DNA of 64,000 nt. Origin: an uncultured Spirochaetota bacterium. Its GTDB lineage: Bacteria; Spirochaetota; Spirochaetia; SZUA-6; CAVTHK01. This document shows positions 52,496 through 64,000 of the stretch, one piece after another. The notes beneath the pieces were generated by a model. That model had not been told where the DNA came from and did not search any database. It saw only the letters and a program-made list of their open reading frames with translations. The translations under genes were made by a program, and so were the position numbers. Numbering within the stretch: the first letter of the stretch is position 1; each line of letters starts with the position of its first letter. The DNA is taken from NCBI GenBank assembly GCA_963734495.1, contig CAVTHK010000002.1, positions 96,001-160,000 of the forward strand. The letters run 5' to 3'.

Positions 52496-54100
52496 TTATT
52501 CCCCGAGGGCGTGGTAGGGGATCTCGTCCAGCGCGGCTCGCGGAAAGACCGGCAGCGCAGGCGGCGCCTCGAACGCAACGGCGAGGTAGAGCGAGAACAG
52601 CTCCTCCCGTCCGAGGAACGCCCCCGAGCGATCGTGGCTCGAGAAGAACGACGCAAACAGGACGTTCTCAGCCTCGATCCGCTCGGTGCGAAGCCACACG
52701 CTTTCGAGGGCCGGCTCCTTGACCGGGGGGAAACCCGCGAGCAGGCCCCCCTCGCTCCCCTCGAACCACAGGAGGCTCCCCGAGAGGCAAAGCGGCGGGT
52801 CTCCGTCGGCGATGCGCACTTCGTAGGGCGCCTCGCCGCGCGAGAGGACGTGAACCACGACGCCGTCTCCCTGGGGGACCCGGGCAACGGCGATCTCGAG
52901 CGGACACACGCGCTCGAGGCCGCGCCTGCGGGGATGGCGCACCCTGCCGGTGACGAGCAGGAAAGGGAAGTCCTCGACGAAGAAGTACTCCAGGCTGAGC
53001 GCCGCGGTTTCGCCGGCGAGCCGGTGGAGGCTGCGCAGGCCCCGCACCTTGTCGGCCTCGAGGGCGAAGGCGTTGATGACCTCGTACGGACGCGGCTTGC
53101 GCAGGGGCCCCGCGTTCGACCGGGCGGCGACGAGAGGGGTCACGAGGCGGCCGTTCCAGGCGAGGCCCGTCAGCCGGCCGGCATCGAAATGCGCGCCGAG
53201 GGCGCCGTCCGACAGCGAAACGGCCCCCATCATGACGGCTGTGTTCTCCCGCCGGGCCGCGGGAAAGACGCCGACGGAGCGGGCGGGGCCCGCGACCGAG
53301 CGGAAACCCGCGAGCACCTGCAGCACGCTCGCCGTCTCTTCGATGGCCTGCCGGTGCGTGCGGAAGGCGCTCAGGCTCGAGGCCCGATCGCGCAGCGCCG
53401 GGTCGCTCCCCGGCGACGGCGCGAGCGGCCCGGGCTGCGCGACAGTCACCGGCTCGTCGAGCCGCAGGAACTTGAGCTCCGCGCGCGAGGCGAGCCTGTC
53501 CAGGACCGTGCGCAGCGCGCGCCCGCCCGCGGGGTCGACGGCGATGCCGAGCACGCCGTCGCCCACGCGTTCGACGAGCCGGCCGGGGCGCTCGGCCGCC
53601 AGCTCACCGACCGGGTGGTGGTACAGCACCTGAAGGCGGGCGCCTTCTATCCCCGTCTCGCTGGCCGGCGACCAGCAGCCTTCGGCCGGCACCACGATGC
53701 GCCGCAGGCCCTTGGTGGCGTAGAGCCTGAGCGCCTCGGGGCGCAGGAGATCCGCCGCGGCGGGGGCGAGAACGCCAGGCAGCGCGCGGTAGGCCTTCGC
53801 CGCGTCGCCGGGGGGCCGCTGGCCCCACTCGACCTCGCGGCGGAGCTCCTCGATCTGCAGCATCGGGTGCGGGGCGCCGGCGTAGCCGACGGAAACGACG
53901 ACGTCGAGCGGGCGCCGCGACGGCAGCTCGCCGATGAATGCGGCCCACGCGCCGGCATCGGGCCCGGCCAGAGGGCTCGATGGAATCGCCCAATGCGCTG
54001 GAGAAGAGGGGAGAGCCGGGATGAGGGATGCGAGCGACTGGACGGACGCCCGGCCATCGGCCCGCACCAGCAGGAAGATGCGTAACTCCTTTTTGCCCAT
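52496..54100 (-). CDS. Hypothetical protein (possible degenerate GH57/deacetylase-like barrel)
   Basis: 534-aa ORF; own promoter TTGACA-17-TAGAGT (54131-54159); GYAGAPHPMLQIEELRREVEWG segment. Confidence 0.65.
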   Translation of the reverse strand: MGKKELRIFLLVRADGRASVQSLASLIPALPSSPAHWAIPSSPLAGPDAGAWAAFIGELPSRRPLDVVVSVGYAGAPHPMLQIEELRREVEWGQRPPGDAAKAYRALPGVLAPAAADLLRPEALRLYATKGLRRIVVPAEGCWSPASETGIEGARLQVLYHHPVGELAAERPGRLVERVGDGVLGIAVDPAGGRALRTVLDRLASRAELKFLRLDEPVTVAQPGPLAPSPGSDPALRDRASSLSAFRTHRQAIEETASVLQVLAGFRSVAGPARSVGVFPAARRENTAVMMGAVSLSDGALGAHFDAGRLTGLAWNGRLVTPLVAARSNAGPLRKPRPYEVINAFALEADKVRGLRSLHRLAGETAALSLEYFFVEDFPFLLVTGRVRHPRRRGLERVCPLEIAVARVPQGDGVVVHVLSRGEAPYEVRIADGDPPLCLSGSLLWFEGSEGGLLAGFPPVKEPALESVWLRTERIEAENVLFASFFSSHDRSGAFLGREELFSLYLAVAFEAPPALPVFPRAALDEIPYHALGE

Positions 54101-54284
54101 CGCCGAAGCCGAATCGTGCCGAGTTGCGCGACTCTAACACGCCACCCCGGGGGTGTCAAACATCGAACCTTTGCGGTCCTTGCGCGCCCTTGGCGGCCTG
54201 GCGGGCCCCGCGCGGGTTCCCTGAGGTGCGGCGGCGGGTCGACCGTAGAGACCGGTCCGTTTCAGGGTTTTTCGGGCCAGCCCC

Positions 54285-54313
54285 TTGATGCGTGTGTAAA
54301 GAATTGTTATTCT
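54285..54313 (+). promoter_or_regulatory. sigma70 promoter of groEL
   Basis: TTGATG-17-TATTCT with TG extension, AT-rich. Confidence 0.6.
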
Positions 54314-54350
54314 TGCCACAAAGCGCAAGGGCGCTTCACTCTACCCATAA

Positions 54351-56062
<1,712 letters not shown>

Positions 56063-56082
56063 CAGTCCGGGAGCGTTCACGC

Positions 56083-56116
56083 GGGGGGAGCTCCCACGAG
56101 GGGTTCCCCCCTTTTT
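56083..56116 (+). terminator. Rho-independent terminator of groEL
   Basis: GGGGGGAGCTCCC-ACGA-GGGGTTCCCCCC followed by TTTTT. Confidence 0.8.
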
Positions 56117-56129
56117 GCATGGGGGGGTC

Positions 56130-56444
56130 ATGAAGCGCGAAGACTTCATGTTCACCGTGGGTTTCGACGGCGCCACGGCGGTCGTCGACGGCGAGATGAG
56201 ACGGCGCTACGGCCGCTCGGCCATCGGGGATCTCCTGACGGCGGGGTACTATCGCGCGGCCGCCTGCGCCGCGATTTTCGACGACGACGAAGCGGCCGTG
56301 CGGCAGGTGATCGAGGCGTTCAACGGGGCATCGGGAGGGGCGCTGCGGTCGCGGGACGACGTGGTCCGGCTGTTCGGAGTGCCCATGCAGGTTCTGAAGG
56401 GCGCCTCGGGCGAGCCGCCGCCGATAAAAGTCCAGGTGATCTGA
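56130..56444 (+). CDS. Small hypothetical protein between groEL and yajC
   Basis: 104-aa [17 protein letters not shown]..., coding-like codon usage. Confidence 0.7.
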   Translation: MKREDFMFTVGFDGATAVVDGEMRRRYGRSAIGDLLTAGYYRAAACAAIFDDDEAAVRQVIEAFNGASGGALRSRDDVVRLFGVPMQVLKGASGEPPPIKVQVI

Positions 56445-56576
56445 GGCGAAATCGCGGTGCAGGTCGCGGCCTGCCCGGCGAAGCCAGGGCGCTGCCCGGC
56501 GCGCCCGGCGCGAGCCAAGGTTGACCATGGGCGCGGCTGTGTGCTACGTTACCCCGGCACTTTTTCCCACGCGAGA

Positions 56577-56981
56577 ATGGAGGATTCCTTGTTCCAGTTC
56601 ATGCCCATTCTGCAGGACGGGGCGGGCGCGGGGCAACTCGTGAGCATGCTCATTCCTTTCGGACTGATCATCCTCGTCTTCTACTTCCTCATCATCCGCC
56701 CGCAGAACAAGAAGCAGAAAGAGACGCAGGCGATGCTCTCTTCGATCAAGAAGAACGATCGCGTCGTGACCATCGGCGGGATGCGGGGCACGGTCCAGGC
56801 CGTCAGGGACGACGCGATCGTGCTCAAGGTCGACGAAGACGTGAAGATCGAATTCAACAAGAGCGCGATCGCCTCGGTCATCCGGCCGCAGGCCTCGAAG
56901 AACGGCTCCAAGGAAGCCCCTTCCGACGAAGCCGGCGAAGCGAAGCAGAGCGAGCCCGAAGACAAGTCGAAGAGCAACTGC
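56577..56981 (+). CDS. yajC: Preprotein translocase subunit YajC (stop probably lost by a 1-nt deletion near 56980)
   Basis: FYFLIIRPQNK, DRVVTIGG..G.V, KSAIA; promoter TTGACC-18-TACGTT at 56521-56550; end approximate. Confidence 0.88.
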
Positions 56982-57069
56982 CCGGGCGGGTCCGCCGTGC
57001 CTCCGGGCGGCGCGGCCAAGCCGTCTTCCTCGCGCCCCCGCCCGAGCAAGTCACGGAGTGAGAGCCCCA

Positions 57070-58819
57070 ATGAGCAAGCGATACCGATTCCTCCTCGTCC
57101 TGGCGATGGTGGCCGTCGCCGTGGGTTTCCTGACGCCCACCATCCGCTGGTACTGGTTCATCACGCCCGAGGACAAGCAGCTCGCCACCGGCAGCCGCTT
57201 CGAGATCCGGGAGTGGGCGCTGCGCCACGCGGCGGACAGGATCAAGGAGCTCAAGGCCGCCATCGCGAAGGACCCGGCGACCCCGATCCCCGAGGACATG
57301 CTCTTCCTCGCCGGCAAGATCAAGGAGCGGTACCGCGTCGAGCACAAGGCCGCCCCCAAGGTCTTTACGGTCAAGGACGTAGCCGACACCTACAAGGAAG
57401 CGGAGGTCATCGACGCGCTCACGACGCGCTTTCGCAGCGAGATCGAGGACGTGAAGGAGGTCCGCAACCGCATCATCACGCTCGGCCTCGACCTGCAGGG
57501 AGGCATGAGGGTGAGCCTCAAGGCCGACTTCCCGACCCTCGAGCAGGCCAAGGGCCACAGCCTGAGCGTCAAGGAGCGCGACGACGCCGTCAAAGGGGTG
57601 CTCGAAGTGCTCACCAACCGCATCGACCAGTTCGGCGTGAGCGAGCCGGTGATCCGCCGCGAAGGCGGGCCCACCAGCGACCGCATCCTCGTCGAGATGC
57701 CCGGCGCCGCCGACCCCGAGCGTATCCGGCGGGTCATCATCGGAAAGGGGCGGCTCGCCTTTCACATCGTCGACCAGGAGGCGCTCGCCAAGTTCATCCA
57801 GTTCCAGCAGGCGAACCCCCCGCCCTATCTCGACGTCGACGGGACGACGATCGCGGTCCCCGCGCTCAAGGCCCTTCTCGGCAACGACGTGATTCTGAGG
57901 AGGGTGGTGCAGAAGGACTCCTTCGGGATCGACCAGCCGGTCGGCTACGCGGTGCTGCAGGCCAAGCCCGGCCTCGACGGCGAGCGGGTCCAGGAGGCGT
58001 CGGTGCGGCAGGACCCGCTGACGAACCGTCCGGAGGTCATTTTCAGGCTCGACGGCCAGGGCGGCGACATCTTTTACAAGCTCACGAGCGACAACCGGGG
58101 CAAGGTCATGGCGGTGGTGCTCGACAACAACGTCAAGGCCCAGGCCACGATCCAGGACGCGATCAGGCAGGACGTGCGCGTCACCGGGTTCGGCACGGCC
58201 GAGGCGACGGACCTCGCGCTGGTGCTCAAGACGGGCGCGCTGCCGGTCCCCGTCAACATCAACAGCCAGGAGGCGGTGGGCGCCTCCCTCGGCGAGGATG
58301 CGATCCGCCAGGGGAGCACGCGCGGTCATCGTGGCGGTGGCGCTCGTCATGGGCTTCATGATCGTCTACTACAGGGGCCCGGGGATCGTCGCGAGCTTCG
58401 CCCTGGTCGTGAACATGTTTCTCATGGTGGCCGTGCTCTCGGTCTTCAACTTCACCCTGACGCTCCCCGGCATCGCGGGCTTCATCCTGAACCTGGGCAT
58501 GGGCGTCGACGCCAACGTGCTCATCTTCGAGCGCATGAAGGACGAGCAGCGGCTCGGCAAGTCGCGGGCGGCCTGCATCGAGAGCGGCTTCCACAAGGCG
58601 TTCTGGACCATCATGGACTCCCAGATCACGACGTTCATCGCGGCGATGTCGCTGGCGCAGTTCGGCAGCGGGCCCATCAAGGGCTTCGCGACCGTGCTCG
58701 CCGTCGGCATCATCACGACCCTGATCGCGGCACTGTTCGTGTCGCGCCTCGTCTTCGATTTCGTCACTGACGTGTTCAAGGCGACCAAGCTGAGGATCTC
58801 CTGGAGGCGCGCGCAATAA
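57070..58819 (+). CDS. secD: Protein translocase subunit SecD; frameshift near 58315
   Basis: LGLDLQGG, RIDQFGVSEP, GALP, VGASLG, DANVLIFER, GPIKGFA. Confidence 0.95.
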
Positions 58820-60095
58820 TGAAGAACGTCATCCATTTCTCGCGCATCCGCAGATGGATGTACGCGCTGTCGTTGACGTGCATCATCGGCGGGTTCGCGG
58901 TCACCTACCTGCGCGGCGGGTTCAACCTCGAGCGTGGACTTCACGGGCGGAGTGAGCAAGGACTTCCAGGTGGTGCCGAGGGCGCTCACGCTGCGCTACG
59001 AAGGCCAGGGGCGGACGCTGGTGGAGCTGGCGACGGACTCGCTGACGCTGCGGGTGCAGAGGCCGGGCGCCGACGAGAAGAGGCTCGACTTCCCGCTGCG
59101 CAACTACCCCCACATCGCCGACCTGGCAGCGGCCCTGCGCATGATCGACGGCGTGCGCGTCGAGACGGCGCAGGGGGCCGAGACGCTGCCGTCGACGTCT
59201 GCTCATTCCGCTGAGCTTCCCGATCGACGTTTCGGCGCAGGGCGCCGCGCTCAACAGGACGCTCGCCGACACCGAGCAGGTCTACGCGACGATCGCGACC
59301 GTGCGCGAGTCGCTGGCCGAGCTCGGCGAGTTCGACCTTCAGACGATCGGCCGGCCCCGCGACCAGTCGTTCGTGATCAAGCTGGCCGCGGTGCGGGAAG
59401 AGGGCAGCGCCGACTATCTCGCGCGCGTCGACCGCGTCATCGCCGATAACCTCGGGCGCCGCTTCCCCGGCTCCGACGTCCTGCTGCGGCAGACCAGCTT
59501 CGTGGACGCCGCGTTCTCGGGAGAGCTCATCAGGGCCGCCTTCTGGAGCATCCTGGTGGCGCTCATCCTGATGATGATCTACTGCACCTTCCGGTTCAAG
59601 TTCGTCTACGCGGCCGCGGCGATGCTCGCGACCGTGCACGACCCGCTGCTCATGGTGGCCTACGTCGGCGCCTTCCACATCGAGTTCTCTTCGACCACGG
59701 TGGCGGCGCTGCTCACCATCCTCGGCTACTCGATCAACGACACGATCGTCGTCTTCGACCGCGTGCGCGAGAACTTCGGCCTGATGCCTCAGGCCGACCG
59801 CGCGCTCGTGATCGACACGAGCGTCACGCAGACCCTCAGCCGGACGATCATCACGAACCTGACGGCGCAGATCTCGGTGCTTACCATCTTCCTGATCGGC
59901 ACCGGAGTGATCCGCGACTTCGCCATCGTGATGACCGTCGGAATGGTCGTCGGCACCTACTCTTCGATCTACATCGCGGCGCCCGTGGTCCTCGAGTGGC
60001 AGAGACTGCTGGACAGGCGCCGCAAGGAGAGGGACTCCCGCGCGGGCGGCGGCCGGCAGCCGCAGCCGCACGCGGGCGAGACCGCGCGGGCGTAG
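58819..60095 (+). CDS. secF: Protein translocase subunit SecF; frameshifts near 58930 and 59215
   Basis: [38 protein letters not shown]. Confidence 0.93.
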
Positions 60096-60114
60096 TCGGG
60101 TCTGGAGGACAGAG

Positions 60115-62093
60115 GTGGACACCAAGGCTCTGGAGGCGGTAGCGCTTTCCATTCGATCGCTGTCGATGGACGCCGTGCAGGCGGCCAAGTCCGGGCACCC
60201 GGGCCTGCCCATGGGGATGGCGGAGCTCGGCGCGCTCTTGTACGGGGAGCTGCTGAGCCACGATCCCTCGGCGCCGCTGTGGCCGAACCGCGACCGTTTC
60301 GTGCTCTCCGCGGGGCACGGCTCGATGCTCCTGTACTCGCTGCTGCATCTGTCGGGCTACGACCTGCCGCTCGCCGAGATCAAGCGGTTCCGGCAGCTGG
60401 GCTCGCGCACCCCCGGGCACCCGGAGCGCGGCGTGGTGCCCGGCGTCGAGACCACGACCGGCCCGCTCGGCCAGGGCGTGGGCAACGGCGTGGGGATGGC
60501 GATCGCCGAGCGCATGCTCGCGGCGAGGTTCAACACGCCGAGGCACTCGATCGTCGATCACTACACCTACGTCCTCGCCGGCGACGGCTGCATGATGGAA
60601 GGGGTGAGCTCCGAGTCCGCCTCGCTCGCGGGACACCTCGGCCTCGGCAAGCTCATCGTCTTCTACGACTCGAACAGGATCACGATCGAAGGGTCGACCG
60701 AGCCTCGCGTTCACCGAGGACGTCGCCGCCCGGTTCAAGGCGTACAACTGGCACGTGCAGTCGGGCGACGCCTACGACCTGGAGGAGATCGCCCGGATGG
60801 TGCAGGCAGCCAGGGCGGATGCCGACAGGCCGAGCCTGATCGTGCTGCGGAGCACCATCGCGAAGGGATCGCCGCACAAGGCCGGGAGCGCGGAGGCGCA
60901 CGGGGCGCCGCTCGGCGAAGACGAGGTCAAGGCGACGCGCAAGGCGCTCGGCCTGGCCGAGGACGCCGCCTTCTACGTTGCGCCCGCCGCGGTCGAGTAC
61001 TTCGCCTCGCGCCGCAGGAGCTGGGAGAAGAGGCGGCGGGACTGGGAAAAGCTGTTCGCCGACTGGTCCGCCGCGAACCCTGAGCTGGCGGCGGAATGGG
61101 CGCTCTGGCACGCGGAGCCGCGGATCGACGTCAAGCGACCTGCCGGAGTTCGAGGCCGGCAGCAAGGCCGCGACCCGCAACGCGGGCGGAAAGGTGCTCA
61201 ACGCCCTCGCGAAGATCGTCCCGAACCTCATCGGCGGTTCCGCGGACCTCGAGCCCTCCAACAAGAGCGCCGTGAGCGGCGCGCCGGACTTCCGCAAGGG
61301 CGCGTGGGGCGGGCGCAACATGCACTTCGGCGTGCGCGAGCACGCCATGGGCGCGGTCGTGAACGGGATGGCCCTGCACGGCGGGCTGCGGCCCTACGGC
61401 GCGACCTTCCTGGTGTTCGCCGACTACATGAGGCCGTCGATCCGCCTCGCGGCGCTCATGAAGCTGCCGGTCATCTACGTCTTCACCCACGACTCGATCT
61501 ACGTCGGCGAGGACGGGCCGACCCACCAGCCGGTGGAGCAGCTCGCGAGCCTGCGCGCCATCCCGAACCTCGTGGTCCTGCGTCCCGCGGACGCCGAGGA
61601 GACCGCGATGGCCTGGAAGATGGCGCTGGAGCGCACGGACGGGCCGACCGCGCTCGCGCTCACGCGCCAGGACCTGGCCGTGCTGCCGAAGCCGGGCGCC
61701 GACTGGCGGTCGGCCATCACCCGCGGCGCGTACGTCGTGCGGGAATCGCAGGGAGCCCCTCGGGTCGTGATCGTGGCCACGGGAAGCGAGGTCGAGCTCG
61801 CGGTCAAGGCCGCGGAGAAGCTGGGCGACCGCGGCATCCGCGTCGTTTCCATGATCTCGCGCGATCTCTTCCTCAAGCAGGACGAAGGCTTCCGGCGGTC
61901 GCTGCTGCCCTCGGGCTCGAAGCGGCTCGTCATCGAAGCCGGAGTGAGCTTCGGCTGGGAGGGGATCGCGGGCGAGGGCGGCAGGATCCTCGCGATCGAT
62001 CGCTTCGGCGAGTCCGGCCCGGCCAAAGATGTCGGCCGAGCCTTCGGCTTTACCGAAGAGAACGTCATCGCCGAGATCGGCAAGCTGCGATAA
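60115..62093 (+). CDS. tkt: Transketolase; frameshifts near 60703 and 61135
   Basis: [46 protein letters not shown]. Confidence 0.96.
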
Positions 62094-62330
62094 GGGGGCC
62101 GTGCGTCCGGCACCGCGTGCCGCGTGCGCGCCCTGATCCGTCCCTTTCCGGCTGCACTCCCGTTCCCCGTTCCACTGGGCACGCAGAGGTGCGCGGAGGC
62201 TGCGGCGTTGATGGCCCGCGGGGCTCATGTTAGGATGACCGGGCCGTGATCCCGTCAGGCGGACGCGCGGCGAGCACCGGGCGGGAGCATCCCGGGGCGG
62301 CGCGCGCCCGGCCCGCCGGAGGAGCAGCGC

Positions 62331-63413
62331 TTGGCAAGCAGGAGGATCGTGTTCACGGGAGGCGGGACGGCCGGCCACGTCTATCCGGCGCTCGCCGTCA
62401 TCGGAGAGCTGGGGCCGGATGTCGAGGTGAGCTGGATCGGCTCGCGTGCCGGTATGGAGCGCGGGCTCGTGACCCAGGCCGGCATCCGCTATCACGCGAT
62501 CCCGTCGGGCAAATGGCGGCGCTACGCGTCGCCGGCGAACGTGTTCGACATCTTCAGGGTCTTTGCCGGCGTGGCCGCGGCGGTCGCGGTCCTTCTGCGC
62601 GAGCGGCCGGCGCTGCTCTTCTCGAAAGGCGGCTACGTGACGGTGCCGCCCGTGGTCGCGGCCCGGATGCTCGGGATCCCGGTCATGACGCACGAGTCCG
62701 ACACCGACCCCGGCCTCGCGACGCGCATCAACGCGCGCTTCGCCGACGTCATCTTCACCTCCTTCGCCGAGACCGCCGCATGGTTCCCGCCCGCGCTCCG
62801 CGGCCGGGTGCAGCCCGCGGGGAACCCGGTCCGCGCCGCCTTCTTCCGGGGCGACGCGGTCCGGGCGAGGGCCGCGCTCGACGCGCCGCCGGACGTCCCG
62901 ATCGTGCTGGTGCTGGGCGGGAGCCTCGGGAGCGAGAGCGTCAATCGCCTGGTGCGGGGCGCGCTGCCGTCGCTCGCCGGCCGCTGCCTGGTCGTCCACC
63001 AGACGGGCGCCCGCGACTTCGCCCCCGCCGATCCGGCGCTCGCGGCGCGGTACCGGACGATCGCCTTTGTCCGGGAGGAGCTGCCCGACCTGATGGCGGC
63101 TGCGGCCCTCGTCGTCGCCCGTTCCGGGGCCAACACGCTCGCCGAGCTCGCCGCCAGCGGCGCCCCCGCCCTGCTCGTGCCGTTGGGCCTCTCCGGGAGC
63201 CGCGGCGATCAGATCCGCAACGCGGCCTATTTCGAGGCGAGGGGCGCGGCCGAAGTGTTCCGCGGGTCGGCGCCCGAGGACCTCGCCGGCGCGGTGCTCC
63301 GCCTGCTCGGCGACCCGGAGCGCCGGGCGGCGATGGCGCGCGCCATGCGCGGACTGGCCGCGCCGGACGCGGCGGCGCGCATCGCGGCCGTAATCCGCGA
63401 GCGCATTTCATGA
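62331..63413 (+). CDS. murG: MurG glycosyltransferase
   Basis: GGGTAGHVYP, KGGYV, HESD, GNPVR, GGSLG, DQIRNA; TTG start after GGAGG. Confidence 0.95.
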   Translation: MASRRIVFTGGGTAGHVYPALAVIGELGPDVEVSWIGSRAGMERGLVTQAGIRYHAIPSGKWRRYASPANVFDIFRVFAGVAAAVAVLLRERPALLFSKGGYVTVPPVVAARMLGIPVMTHESDTDPGLATRINARFADVIFTSFAETAAWFPPALRGRVQPAGNPVRAAFFRGDAVRARAALDAPPDVPIVLVLGGSLGSESVNRLVRGALPSLAGRCLVVHQTGARDFAPADPALAARYRTIAFVREELPDLMAAAALVVARSGANTLAELAASGAPALLVPLGLSGSRGDQIRNAAYFEARGAAEVFRGSAPEDLAGAVLRLLGDPERRAAMARAMRGLAAPDAAARIAAVIRERIS

Positions 63414-63895
63414 GCCTGTCCGCGCTCGACGCCGCCCTCGGCCTCGTGCTCGCCGCGCTGGCCGTGCGGGGCGTCATCCGCGGGTTCGTTGCAGAGGCGT
63501 TCGCCCTCGCTGCGGTCGCCCTCGGGACGCTCGGCGCGGTGCTCTTTGCAGGCTCTCTCTCCGTGGGAATCGAGAAGGTCCTCGGGCCTTCGATCTGGAG
63601 CGGGGTCCTCGCCGTTCTCTTCCTCTTCGTGGTGGTCTACCTCGTCGTGGCCCTGCTCGGCGCCGGCATGCGCGCAGGCGTGGAGAGCCTGTCGCTCGAG
63701 CAGCTCGACCGGGCGCTCGGGCTGCTGCTCGGAGCGCTCGAAGGTCTCTTGGTCGTCACGGGGCTCGTCGTTATACTAAAGGTGCAGCCGCTGTTCGATG
63801 CCCGCAGCCTCCTGCATGCGAGCTTCTTTGCCCGGACCCTGCTGCCGCTGCTCGGTGCCACGGCGGAATCATTCGGTTGGACGATCGGGGTCTGA
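63410..63895 (+). CDS. cvpA: CvpA family protein
   Basis: D..L......RG..RGF..E, LDRALG..LG..EG; ATGA overlap with murG. Confidence 0.88.
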   Translation: MSLSALDAALGLVLAALAVRGVIRGFVAEAFALAAVALGTLGAVLFAGSLSVGIEKVLGPSIWSGVLAVLFLFVVVYLVVALLGAGMRAGVESLSLEQLDRALGLLLGALEGLLVVTGLVVILKVQPLFDARSLLHASFFARTLLPLLGATAESFGWTIGV

Positions 63896-64000
63896 TGTTC
63901 GATAACGTGATCGGTCATAGAGAAACAGTCGCGCTGCTCGCGGCCCAGCTCAACGGGGGGGCCTTCCCCAGGGCCGTGCTGTTCCACGGTCCCGCGTATT
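63895..64000 (+). CDS. holB: DNA polymerase III delta-prime subunit (partial, runs off window)
   Basis: MFDNVIGH...LAAQL..GAFPRAVLFHGP, clamp-loader N-terminus; TGATG overlap. Confidence 0.75.
   Translation, partial: MFDNVIGHRETVALLAAQLNGGAFPRAVLFHGPAY

Noticed and set aside
56457..58361. YajC with a 500-aa extension
   Set aside because: Read-through into an off-frame of secD, probably from a lost base in TGA near 56980

Overview
This is a very GC-rich bacterial chromosomal segment, mostly core/housekeeping genes. It most likely comes from an uncultured Spirochaetota (Spirochaetia) genome. That assignment is inferred from spirochete-like gene orders (groEL without groES, then small ORF-yajC-secD-secF; prfA-prmC-rel; murG-cvpA-holB) and spirochete-type exported proteins. 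Contents: redox/stress genes (two nitroreductases, exported MsrB, DUF362, FNR-rlmN, VOC, SDR, UroD-like plus Fe-S flavoprotein), rhlE-typA, ybhB plus a PflX-like radical SAM, tRNA-Asp/tRNA-Pro followed by an nlpD-like gene and a group-2 (RpoS-like) sigma factor, PPIase, Maf/DUF115, lepA, GH38 mannosidase, a CUT1 sugar ABC transporter, a complete rnfCDGEAB operon, GH57, icd, a TPR/LPP20-like/SH3/ABC-F cluster, pgm, rhomboid, prfA-prmC-rel, groEL, yajC-secDF, tkt, murG, cvpA and holB. I found no mobile element, CRISPR array or defence system. Many genes, including essential ones, carry single-base frameshifts that look like long-read assembly errors. The most notable observations are: (1) a radical SAM gene whose only SD-supported start is ACG and which is in frame behind the amber stop of ybhB; (2) many apparently leaderless sigma70 promoters; (3) an inverted repeat that exactly fills the spacer of the sigma-factor promoter; (4) a 43-codon internally deleted EEP phosphodiesterase remnant; (5) an FNR-type reductase coupled to rlmN; (6) a GGTCGAAC tandem array between divergent promoters. 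No clearly new multi-gene system can be proven from sequence alone.
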